Part shown: positions 37,461 through 46,054 of the stretch, one piece after another
How the letters are laid out: the number at the start of each line of letters is the position of its first letter
Numbering within the stretch: the first letter of the stretch is position 1
DNA from: Candidatus Aminicenantes bacterium
GTDB lineage: Bacteria > Acidobacteriota > Aminicenantia > Aminicenantales > Saccharicenantaceae
Assembly (NCBI GenBank): GCA_016867635.1
Contig: VGJC01000001.1
Coordinates: 1 to 61,360 of the forward strand
Direction of reading: 5' to 3'
Length of the DNA: 61,360 nucleotides
Notes under the pieces: generated by a model
What the model saw: the letters and a program-made list of their open reading frames with translations, nothing else
What the model was told of the DNA's origin: nothing
The model's database searches: none
Made by a program: the position numbers and the translations under genes

Positions 37461-39134
37461 ATGCCCTACACCCCTGAACTGAAGGAACTCATCAAGAAGG
37501 TCGAGAAGACCCGGCCGGCCCGCGTCGAGAAAAAGCGAAAGGGGGAGGAGTTCCCGCCGATGTCCCTCGAGGAGCGCAAGGCCATCCTCAAGTACCACCC
37601 CGATTTCAAGGAGGACGGCCGGAGCGAGATCCTGGTCGGGCCCGACAAGGGCTACCGGATCGCCAAGGAGATGGTCAGCCTGATCCACGCCAAGAGCCGT
37701 CTCGATCCCGAGGCCGTGGACCTCACCCGCGTCGATTACGAGACCGACATCCTGGTCATCGGGGGCGGCGGGGCGGGGGCCTCGGCGGCTCTCCTGGCCC
37801 GAGAGAACGGGGCCAAGGCCCTCATCGCCACGAAGCTCCGTCTGGGCGACGCCAACACGATGATGGCCGAAGGGGGCATCCAGGCGGCGACCAAGGCCGA
37901 CAAGGACTCGCCCTACTTCCACTACCTGGACGCCATGGGCGGGGGGCATTTCAAGAACGACCCCGAGCTGGTCGAGACCCTGGTCGTCGAGGCCCCCAAG
38001 GTCATGGCCTGGCTCGAGAAACAGGGGGCGATGTTCTCCAAGTACGATGACGGCCGGCTCAAGGCCATGCACGGCGGCGGCACCTCCCGCAAGCGCATGC
38101 ACTACGCGGGCGACATCACCGGCGCGGAGATCATGCGGACCCTGCGCGACGAGGTCAAGAACCATCCCGACGACATCCAGGTCCTCGAGTTCTCGCCGGC
38201 CGTCGAGCTCATCCTCAACGCCCACGGGGCCTGCGCCGGCGCGGTCCTCTACAACCTCGAGACCGAGGAGTATTTCCTGGTCAAGGCCAAGGCCGTGGTC
38301 ATGGCCACCGGGGGCTCGGGCCGGCTCCACATCCAGGACTTCATGACCACCAACCACTACGGGGCCACGGGCGACGGTCTGATCATGGGCTACCGGGCCG
38401 GGGTGCCTCTGAGGTTCCTCCACACGGTCCAATACCATCCGACGGGGGCCGTCTTCCCGGAGCAGGCCGAAGGCTTGCTCATCACGGAGAAGGTCCGCGG
38501 GGCGGGGGCCAACGTCCTCAACATCGACGGCGAGCAGTTCGTCTACGAGCGCGAGCCCCGGGACGTCGAAGCGTCGGCCTTCATCCGGGAGTGCCTGGAG
38601 CGGGGAAAGGGCGTGCCCACGCCGACCGGGAAATTCGGCGTCTGGCTCGACTCGCCGATGATCGACGTCCTCAAGGGCGAAGGGACGGTCCGCAAGGAGT
38701 TCCCCGGCAAGTGGATCCTGTTCCACCGCTACGGGATCGACATCACCAAGGAGCCCATGCTCGTCTATCCGACCCTCCACTACCAGAACGGCGGCCTGCA
38801 GATCAACCAGCGGACCGAAACGGTCGTGCCCGGGCTGTTCGTCGCCGGCGAGGCCAGCGGAGGCATCCACGGGGAGAACCGCCTGATGGGCAACTCCCTG
38901 CTCGACGTCGTCGTCTTCGGCCGGATCGCCGGATGCAGAGCGGCCGAATACACCAAGTCGGCGTTCAAGGACGGGGCCCTGTCCCTGGACCACGTCCGGG
39001 CCTATCACCAGGCGCTCGACAACGCCGGCGTTCCCGTGGACGGCCGCGTCGCGCCCATGCTCCTGCCGGACTATTCCAACCCCGAGGTCCGGAAAAAGCA
39101 GCTGACGACGAAGTATCACGGAACGCTGCGGTAA
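37461..39134 (+). CDS. Succinate dehydrogenase/fumarate reductase flavoprotein-like subunit (soluble, non-covalent-FAD type)
   Basis: 557 aa with GGGAGAA 7 nt upstream. Motifs: DILVIGGGGAGASAAL, ...MMAEGGIQAA..., ...VQYHPTG..., ...GLFVAGEASGGIHGENRLMGNSLLD.... The His of the covalent-FAD motif is Asn here (DANTMM). There is an N-terminal extension of about 90 aa. Confidence 0.75.
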   Translation: MPYTPELKELIKKVEKTRPARVEKKRKGEEFPPMSLEERKAILKYHPDFKEDGRSEILVGPDKGYRIAKEMVSLIHAKSRLDPEAVDLTRVDYETDILVIGGGGAGASAALLARENGAKALIATKLRLGDANTMMAEGGIQAATKADKDSPYFHYLDAMGGGHFKNDPELVETLVVEAPKVMAWLEKQGAMFSKYDDGRLKAMHGGGTSRKRMHYAGDITGAEIMRTLRDEVKNHPDDIQVLEFSPAVELILNAHGACAGAVLYNLETEEYFLVKAKAVVMATGGSGRLHIQDFMTTNHYGATGDGLIMGYRAGVPLRFLHTVQYHPTGAVFPEQAEGLLITEKVRGAGANVLNIDGEQFVYEREPRDVEASAFIRECLERGKGVPTPTGKFGVWLDSPMIDVLKGEGTVRKEFPGKWILFHRYGIDITKEPMLVYPTLHYQNGGLQINQRTETVVPGLFVAGEASGGIHGENRLMGNSLLDVVVFGRIAGCRAAEYTKSAFKDGALSLDHVRAYHQALDNAGVPVDGRVAPMLLPDYSNPEVRKKQLTTKYHGTLR

Positions 39135-39154
39135 TCCATGAACGAGGTTCAGCC

Positions 39155-39433
39155 ATGCCGGTAAGGCAAAGAGAAAAACCGTTCGGTTTTCCCAAGCCGG
39201 AGACCCCTCACGGCGAGATCGTCATCCTGGAGGAGCGCTGCAAGGGCTGCGGCTTCTGCATCGAGTACTGTCCGCATGATGTGCTCGTGCTGTCCAAAAA
39301 GTTCAACGCCAAGGGCTACCATCCGCCGGAAGTCGTCAAGGCCGAGCTCTGCGTCGACTGCGGCTTCTGCCGGATGATCTGCCCCGAGTTCGCCATCTAT
39401 ACCTACGAGCTCAAGACGGGAGAAAAGCCATGA
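39155..39433 (+). CDS. korD: 2-oxoacid:ferredoxin oxidoreductase delta subunit (2x 4Fe-4S ferredoxin)
   Basis: 92 aa from the internal ATG of ORF 38591..39433. Motifs: CKGCGFCIEYCP and CVDCGFCRMICP. It is followed by the alpha, beta and gamma genes. Confidence 0.8.
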   Translation: MPVRQREKPFGFPKPETPHGEIVILEERCKGCGFCIEYCPHDVLVLSKKFNAKGYHPPEVVKAELCVDCGFCRMICPEFAIYTYELKTGEKP

Positions 39434-40599
39434 AAGCCGACCCCAAGGGAGTCCTGACCGGATCCCACTACATCGACGGCGACCACGCCTGCTGCGAGGG
39501 CGCCCTGGCGTCCGGATGCCGTTTCGTCGGCGGCTACCCGATCACGCCCTCGACGGAGGTCGTCGAGCGCTTCGCCCGGCGGGCGCCGATGGTCGAAGGC
39601 GCGCACTTCATCCAGATGGAGGACGAGCTGGCGGCCTCGATCGCCATCCAAGGCGCCGTCTGGGCCGGCAAGAAGGCCATGACCGTCACGAGCGGCCCGG
39701 GCTTCTCGCTGATGATGGAGCACATCGGGCTGGCGGTCATGACCGAGACGCCCTGCGTCTTCGTCGACGTTCAGCGCGGCGGGCCGTCGACCGGCCTGCC
39801 GACCCTGCCGGGCCAGGCCGACATGATGCAGGCCCGCTGGGGGTCCCACGGCGACTACGAGATCATCGCCCTCTCGCCGAACTCCCCCCAGGAGTGCTTC
39901 GACCTGACCATCGACGCCTTCAACCTGTCCGAGCAGTATCGCGTGCCGGTCATGTTCATGATGGACGAGTGCGTCGGCCACATGATGGAGCGGGTCGTCA
40001 TCCCGCCGGCCGACCGGATCGAGATCACGCCGCGGCGTTACACGGCGCTGCCGCCGGGAGAGTACCTGCCCTTCAAGCCGGGCCCGGACATGATCCCGGA
40101 AATGTTCAAGGCCGGCGACGGCTACCGGCTGCACATAACCGGGCTGACCCACGACTTCAAGGGTTATCCGGCCATGAACCCCGAGGTCCAGGAACAGCTC
40201 GTCCGGCGCCTGGTCGACAAGATCCGGCTTAGCGAGCCCAAGATCCGGCGTTATGAGGAAGACGGGGTCGAGGACGCCGACGTCGTCGTCGTCACCTACG
40301 GCATCACTTCGCGGGTCGCCGTCGAGGCCATCGAAGCGGCCCGCAAAAGGGGCATCAAGGTCGGCATGCTCCGGCTCGTCGTCGTCTGGCCCTTCCCCGA
40401 GCCCCGGATCTTCGAGCTGGCCTGCCGGGGCAAGGCTTTCGTCATGGCCGAGATGAACTACGGCCAGATCTTCTACGAGGTCGAGCGCTCGGTTCGCGGC
40501 CGGGCCCCGGTCGTCCTGGCCGGGCACGGCGGGGGAACCGTCCACAACATCGATGACATCGTCAAAAAGATCGAGGAGGCCCACCGGTGTCTGTCCTGA
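39430..40599 (+). CDS. korA: 2-oxoglutarate/2-oxoacid:ferredoxin oxidoreductase alpha subunit
   Basis: 389 aa. ...GYPITPSTEV...QMEDELAS...TSGPGFSLM.... The D-A-B-C gene order and the TCA-cycle context favour 2-oxoglutarate specificity, but this is not proven. Confidence 0.8.
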   Translation: MKADPKGVLTGSHYIDGDHACCEGALASGCRFVGGYPITPSTEVVERFARRAPMVEGAHFIQMEDELAASIAIQGAVWAGKKAMTVTSGPGFSLMMEHIGLAVMTETPCVFVDVQRGGPSTGLPTLPGQADMMQARWGSHGDYEIIALSPNSPQECFDLTIDAFNLSEQYRVPVMFMMDECVGHMMERVVIPPADRIEITPRRYTALPPGEYLPFKPGPDMIPEMFKAGDGYRLHITGLTHDFKGYPAMNPEVQEQLVRRLVDKIRLSEPKIRRYEEDGVEDADVVVVTYGITSRVAVEAIEAARKRGIKVGMLRLVVVWPFPEPRIFELACRGKAFVMAEMNYGQIFYEVERSVRGRAPVVLAGHGGGTVHNIDDIVKKIEEAHRCLS

Positions 40600-41486
40600 G
40601 CGAACTCCAAAAAGCGTCATTGAGCCCGACTCCGGATTTCCATCCGGAAAACCATCCCATGGACGATTTCCTGCGGATGGACCGCATGCCCCACATCTGG
40701 TGCTCCACGTGCGGCATCGGCGTCAGCGTCAACTGCTTCGCCAAGGCCCTGGAGAAATGCCAGATCCCGCTCGATCAGGTCGTCGTCGTCTCGGGTATCG
40801 GCTGCACGGGGCGGGTCGCCGGCTACGTCAAGGTCGACTCCTTCCACACGACCCACGGCCGGGCCATCCCCTTCGCCACGGGGATGAAGCTGGCCAACCC
40901 CAAGCTCAAGGTCATCGTTTTCAGCGGCGACGGCGACATCATCGCCATCGGCGGCAACCACTTCATCAACGCCGCCCGGCGGAACATCGACATCACGGTC
41001 ATCTGCGTCAACAACTTCAACTACGCCATGACGGGCGGGCAACTGGCCTCGACGACCCCCGAGGGGTCCGTCCTCTCCACCTCGCCCTTCGGCAGCTACG
41101 AGTTCCCCTTCAACCTGCCTTTCCTGGCCGAGTCGGTCGGCGCGGTCTATGTCGCCCGCTGGACCTCCCTCCACGTCTACAACCAGACCGTCTCCATGGT
41201 CGAGGCCCTCAAGAAGCCGGGCTTCTCGTTCATCGAGGTCATCGCTCCCTGCCCGACGATCTTCGAGCGCCAGCAGAAGATGGGCGACGGCCTGGACCGT
41301 CTGCGGTGGTACTGCGAGAACAGCGACATCCGCAACGGGGCCAGCACCAAGGATGTCGACATCCGGCTTCGGGACAGGATGGTCGTCGGCAAGTTCGTCG
41401 ACGTCGAGCGGCCGACCTACCTCGAGGCGATGAACGCCCATTACCGGGAGCGGCTGGGCTCGAAGTACAAGGACTACGAGGGATAA
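40587..41486 (+). CDS. korB: 2-oxoacid:ferredoxin oxidoreductase beta subunit (TPP-binding)
   Basis: 299 aa with a GTG start. ...WCSTCGIG..., ...GIGCTG..., ...SGDGD..AIGGNH..... is the TPP/Fe-S motif set. Confidence 0.85.
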   Translation: MSVLSELQKASLSPTPDFHPENHPMDDFLRMDRMPHIWCSTCGIGVSVNCFAKALEKCQIPLDQVVVVSGIGCTGRVAGYVKVDSFHTTHGRAIPFATGMKLANPKLKVIVFSGDGDIIAIGGNHFINAARRNIDITVICVNNFNYAMTGGQLASTTPEGSVLSTSPFGSYEFPFNLPFLAESVGAVYVARWTSLHVYNQTVSMVEALKKPGFSFIEVIAPCPTIFERQQKMGDGLDRLRWYCENSDIRNGASTKDVDIRLRDRMVVGKFVDVERPTYLEAMNAHYRERLGSKYKDYEG

Positions 41487-41487
41487 C

Positions 41488-42039
41488 ATGGCCAAGACGG
41501 AGATCAAGATCGGCGGGTTCGGCGGCCAGGGGGTCATCCTGACCGGCTACATCATCGGCAAGGCGGCCTCCATCTTCGACGGCAAGAACGCGACCATGAC
41601 CCAGGCGTTCGGTCCCGAGGCCCGGGGCAGCGCCTGCAGCGCCCAGGTCATCGTCGCCGCCGACGCCATCCTCTATCCGTACGTGAAGCGGCCGCAGATC
41701 ATGGTCATCATGAGCCAGGAGGCCTTCACCAAGTTCTCCCCCCAGCTCGACCCCAACGGGATGATCCTCATCGAGGAGGAGCTCGTCGATCCCAAGGGGC
41801 TGCCGCCGACGGTCAAGGTCTTCGGCATCCCGGCGACGCGGATCGCCGAGGAGCTCGGCCGCAAGATCGTCCTCAACATCGTCATGGCCGGGTTCTTCAC
41901 GGCGGTGACCGGGATCGTCTCCAAGGACGCCATGCGCAAGGCCATCGAGAGCTCGGTGCCGAAAGGGACGGAGGGATTGAACCTCCTGGCCTTCGAGAAA
42001 GGCTACGAGTACGGCCTGGGCAAGGTCCAGGCCCAATAA
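41488..42039 (+). CDS. korC: 2-oxoacid:ferredoxin oxidoreductase gamma subunit
   Basis: 183 aa. ...IGGFGGQGVILTG...FGPEARGS.... Confidence 0.85.
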   Translation: MAKTEIKIGGFGGQGVILTGYIIGKAASIFDGKNATMTQAFGPEARGSACSAQVIVAADAILYPYVKRPQIMVIMSQEAFTKFSPQLDPNGMILIEEELVDPKGLPPTVKVFGIPATRIAEELGRKIVLNIVMAGFFTAVTGIVSKDAMRKAIESSVPKGTEGLNLLAFEKGYEYGLGKVQAQ

Positions 42040-42075
42040 GCCGGCGGCCGAACGCCGGACCTGCGGAGGGATAAA

Positions 42076-43686
42076 ATGCCGGATTTCGTCCACACCCCGA
42101 TGTTCCCCCTGGGACCGGACACGACCGAATACGAGGCCATCTCCCAAGACCACGTCGCCGCCGGCGAATGCGCGGGCCGCCAGGTCCTCAAGGTCGCGCC
42201 GGAGGGGTTGTCGCTGCTGTCCGAACGGGCCTTCCATGACGCCGCCTTCTACCTGCGGACCTCGCATCTCGAGCAGCTCAAGTCCGTCCTCGAGGACCCC
42301 GAGAGCTCGGCCAACGACCGCACGGTCGCCCTCGAGCTCCTCAAGAACGCCGTCATCTCGGCCGACGGCGTCCTGCCGATGTGCCAGGACACGGGCACGG
42401 CCATCATCAACGCCAAGAAGGGCCAGCTGGTCCTGACCGAGGGAAAGGACGAGGAGGCCCTGTCGCGGGGCGTCTTCAACGCCTATGTCGGCAACTTCCT
42501 GCGCTACTCCCAGAACGCCCCGCTGACGATGTACGAGGAGAAGAACACGGGCACGAACCTGCCGGCCCAGATCGAAATCTCCGCCGTCGACGGCGACGAG
42601 TACCGCTTCCTGTTCGTCGCCAAGGGCGGCGGCTCGGCCAACAAGACCTATCTCTTCCAGGAGACCAAGGCCGTCCTCAACCCCGTCTCACTGCCGAAGT
42701 TCCTGGTCGGCAAGATGAAGGCCATCGGCACGGCGGCCTGCCCGCCCTATCACCTGGCGGTCGTCGTCGGCGGGACCTCGGCCGAGCTGGTCCTCAAGAC
42801 GGTCAAGCTGGCCTCGGCCCGCTATCTCGACGGCCTGCCGACGACGGGCGGGTCCGGCGGCCACGCCTTCCGCGACCTCGAGCTCGAGGCCGCCCTCCTC
42901 GAGGCCTCCCGCAAGCTGGGACTCGGGGCCCAGTTCGGCGGCAAGTACTTCTGTCTCGACGTCCGTGTCGTCCGCCTGCCCCGCCACGGCGCCTCCTGTC
43001 CCATCGGCATGGGCGTCAGCTGCAACGCCGACCGCAACGTCAAGGCCAAGATCACCCGCGAGGGGATCTTCCTCGAGCGGCTGGAAAAGGACCCGGCCCG
43101 GTTCCTGCCCGTCCCGGGGGGGGGCGAAGAGGACGCCGTCCGGATCGACCTCGAACGCCCGATGGCCGAGATCCGGGCGACGCTCTCCAAATACCCCGTG
43201 GCGACCCGCCTGTCCCTCGACGGGCCGATCATCGTCGCCCGCGACATCGCCCACGCCAAGCTCAAAGAGAAGGTCGACAAGGGCGAGGACCTGCCGGCCT
43301 ATTTCAGGGATCACATCATCTACTACGCCGGGCCGGCCAAGACGCCGCCCGGCTACGCCTCCGGCTCCCTCGGGCCGACGACGGCCGGCCGCATGGACGA
43401 CTACGTTCCCGTGTTCCAGAAGATGGGCGGCTCTCTGGTCATGCTGGCCAAGGGCAACCGCTCCAAGGGCGTGACCGAGTCCTGCAAGGCCCACGGCGGC
43501 TTCTACCTGGGCTCGATCGGCGGCCCGGCCGCCCGGCTGGCCAAGGACTGCGTCACCAGTCAGGAGATCGTGGCCTACCCCGAGCTGGGCATGGAGGCCG
43601 TCTACAGGATCACGGTCAAGGACTTCCCGGCCTTCATCATCGTCGACGACAAGGGGAATGACTTCTACGAGAAGATCCTGGCCTGA
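42076..43686 (+). CDS. Class I (Fe-S) fumarate hydratase, fused alpha-beta form
   Basis: 536 aa. ...[11 protein letters not shown]... in the N-terminal domain and ...GPTTAGRMD...KGNRS... in the C-terminal domain. Confidence 0.85.
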   Translation: MPDFVHTPMFPLGPDTTEYEAISQDHVAAGECAGRQVLKVAPEGLSLLSERAFHDAAFYLRTSHLEQLKSVLEDPESSANDRTVALELLKNAVISADGVLPMCQDTGTAIINAKKGQLVLTEGKDEEALSRGVFNAYVGNFLRYSQNAPLTMYEEKNTGTNLPAQIEISAVDGDEYRFLFVAKGGGSANKTYLFQETKAVLNPVSLPKFLVGKMKAIGTAACPPYHLAVVVGGTSAELVLKTVKLASARYLDGLPTTGGSGGHAFRDLELEAALLEASRKLGLGAQFGGKYFCLDVRVVRLPRHGASCPIGMGVSCNADRNVKAKITREGIFLERLEKDPARFLPVPGGGEEDAVRIDLERPMAEIRATLSKYPVATRLSLDGPIIVARDIAHAKLKEKVDKGEDLPAYFRDHIIYYAGPAKTPPGYASGSLGPTTAGRMDDYVPVFQKMGGSLVMLAKGNRSKGVTESCKAHGGFYLGSIGGPAARLAKDCVTSQEIVAYPELGMEAVYRITVKDFPAFIIVDDKGNDFYEKILA

Positions 43687-43695
43687 CCTCGGGTC

Positions 43696-45438
43696 ATGAA
43701 AGGCTTCTGGAACCGGCTCCTGCGGATCGACCTCGACCGGGGGACCTGGCGCACGGAGCCGATTTCCGACGAGCTGCTCGTCCGGACCCTCGGCGGGAAG
43801 GGTCTGGGCGCGGCCCTGCTCCTCGCCGAGAACCCTCCCGGCGTCGACGCCCTGTCTCCCGGGAACCGCTTCATCTTGACGACCGGCCCGGTCACCGGGA
43901 CCGCGATGTGGGGCCAGTCCCGTTTCGCCGCCTTCGCCAAGAGCCCGGCCACAGGCGGCTACGCCGAGTCCTATTGCGGGGGCGCCCTGGCGCCGAAGAT
44001 CAAAGGCTGCGGTGTCGACGCCGTCATTCTCGAGGGCCGGCGGCCGGCCCTGAGCTTCCTCGCCGTCGACGAACAGGGTGTCACCTTCCACGGCGCCGAG
44101 CCGTTCCGGGGCTGGACGACGGACCGGGCCGAGGACGCCCTGCTGGCCCTGTCGCCTCCGGGCGCCGGGGCCATGACCATCGGGCCGGCCGGCGAGAACG
44201 GCGTCCGGTTCGCCTGCATCAAGTCCGACCGGTGGCGGAGCCTGGGCCGCTGCGGCCTGGGAGCCGTTCTCGGCTCCAAGAACGTCAAGGGGATCTCTTT
44301 CTGCGGCGCCCGGCGGGCGGCGGTCGCCGACCCGGACGGGATGCGCCGGATCGTCTCCGCCGTCGCCCGCAAGGGCAAGGAGAGCCCCGTCTCCGCCCTC
44401 TACCGAAAATACGGGACGCCCATGCAGGTCGCCCTGACCAACGCCCAGAACTGCTTCCCGACCCGCTATTGGAGCTCGGGGCGCTTCGCGAAGTGGGAGG
44501 CGATCTCGGCGGATTATATGATCGAGAACTTCGACGTCGTCAACCACGCCTGCCCGGACTGCTTCCTCCAGTGCACGAAGTTCTGCCGGGTCCGCCGCGG
44601 CCGACACGCCGGGCTGGAGCTCGAGGGCCCCGAGTACGAGACGATCTACGCCCTGGGCGGGCTCAACGAGGTCGACAGCCTCGAGGAGATCGCCTGGCTC
44701 AACGACCTCTGCGACAAGCTCGGCCTGGACACGATGAGCGCGGGCAACATCTCCGCGCTGGCCGCCGAGGCCCGGGCCCGGGGGCGGTTCCCCTGGGACA
44801 TCGGCTACAACCAGCCCGACCGGATGGCCGAGCTCTTCATGCTCATCGCCGAGGGCCGGGAGATCGGAGCGGTCCTGGGGCAGGGCATCAAGCGGGCGGC
44901 CGCCGAGCTCGGCCTCGAGGACCTGGCCGTCCACGTCAAGGGGCTGGAGCCGGCCGGCTTCGAGCCGCGCGTCCTGAAGGGCATGGGCCTCGCCTACGCC
45001 ACGGCGGCCCGAGGGGCTTGCCACCTGCGGGGGACCTTCTACAAGGCCGAGCTCGCCGGTCTCGTCGATAAGGCGGCCGTCGCCGGCAAGGCCGTCCAGG
45101 TCATCGATTACGAGGACCGGGCCGCCCTCTTCGACTCCCTGATCCTCTGCCGGTTCTTCCGGGACCTCATCCTGTGGGACGAGCTGGGCGCGCTCATCGC
45201 CGCGGCGACGGGCCTGGCCATGACGCGGGAAGAGCTCGAAGCCATGGCCAACGAGATCACCCTGGACGGCCGCCGCTTCAATCTCCGGGAGGGCCTGGGC
45301 GCGGAAGACGACAGGTTGCCGCCGAGGATCCTCCGGGAGAAAACCGCCGAGGGCATGTCGCTCGGGCCCGAGGAGATGGACGTGATGCTCCGGGAGTACA
45401 ACGCCGTCAGGGAAAGCCGGCGCCGGCGATCCTCCTGA
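43696..45438 (+). CDS. Aldehyde:ferredoxin oxidoreductase family (tungstopterin) enzyme
   Basis: 580 aa. MKGFWNRLLRIDL..., ...GGKGLGAALL..., ...TTGPVTGT..., ...CPDCFLQC... and C-terminal ...LPPR.... Confidence 0.85.
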   Translation: MKGFWNRLLRIDLDRGTWRTEPISDELLVRTLGGKGLGAALLLAENPPGVDALSPGNRFILTTGPVTGTAMWGQSRFAAFAKSPATGGYAESYCGGALAPKIKGCGVDAVILEGRRPALSFLAVDEQGVTFHGAEPFRGWTTDRAEDALLALSPPGAGAMTIGPAGENGVRFACIKSDRWRSLGRCGLGAVLGSKNVKGISFCGARRAAVADPDGMRRIVSAVARKGKESPVSALYRKYGTPMQVALTNAQNCFPTRYWSSGRFAKWEAISADYMIENFDVVNHACPDCFLQCTKFCRVRRGRHAGLELEGPEYETIYALGGLNEVDSLEEIAWLNDLCDKLGLDTMSAGNISALAAEARARGRFPWDIGYNQPDRMAELFMLIAEGREIGAVLGQGIKRAAAELGLEDLAVHVKGLEPAGFEPRVLKGMGLAYATAARGACHLRGTFYKAELAGLVDKAAVAGKAVQVIDYEDRAALFDSLILCRFFRDLILWDELGALIAAATGLAMTREELEAMANEITLDGRRFNLREGLGAEDDRLPPRILREKTAEGMSLGPEEMDVMLREYNAVRESRRRRSS

Positions 45439-45450
45439 CCCGGAGCCGCG

Positions 45451-45948
45451 TCAGTTGTCGTCGACCGCGCTCGCCGGCCGCTCGTAATCGATGATCGTCT
45501 GGACGAGCAGCCTGCGCACGGCCGCCAGTCGGTTGCTGACGCGTTGAACGAGGCGCCTCATGAGAACGAACCCGGCCGCGGTGTCCCCGGCCAGGTAGTC
45601 CATCAGCTCCCGGCCCTTGACGGCCACGACCCGGACGGCCGAAGCGGCCTCGGCCGAGCTGTTGTGGTGCCCGCTCCCGACGATCGACGAGAATCCGAGA
45701 GCCTGACCGGGCGTTCCCAGCACGGTGACCGTCACAGGACCGGAAAGGGGCGACACCTGAACCGTCAGGCGGACCGACCCTTCCAGGAGCACGTAGAGGT
45801 GCTCGGCCGACGTTTCGGGCGAGAAAATGACCGTATCGGCGGCGAAGGACAGCTCCCTGGAAATCGCGCCGATGGCTTTGAGGGCGCCCTTGGGCAACCC
45901 CTCGAAGAGACTGAGCTTGGCCAGCGTTTCTGTGGGGACCACGGCCAC
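45451..45948 (-). CDS. Cyclic-nucleotide-binding domain protein (no DNA-binding domain)
   Basis: 165 aa. ...LSLFEGLPKGALKAI...F..G.......YVLLEGSVRL.... The track start at 45948 is GTG directly abutting AGGAG, so the second GTG at 45942 (AGGAGG plus a 5-nt spacer) is the more likely start. Confidence 0.7.
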   Translation of the reverse strand: MAVVPTETLAKLSLFEGLPKGALKAIGAISRELSFAADTVIFSPETSAEHLYVLLEGSVRLTVQVSPLSGPVTVTVLGTPGQALGFSSIVGSGHHNSSAEAASAVRVVAVKGRELMDYLAGDTAAGFVLMRRLVQRVSNRLAAVRRLLVQTIIDYERPASAVDDN

Positions 45949-46054
45949 CTCCTGTATCCGGTCGTTGCTGGCTCCATGATACCCGGGCGGCGCCTTTTTT
46001 TCACCTGTTTTCTTTTGCCGGCGTTTTGGCTATCATGGGGAGGAAGGAGCTTCC

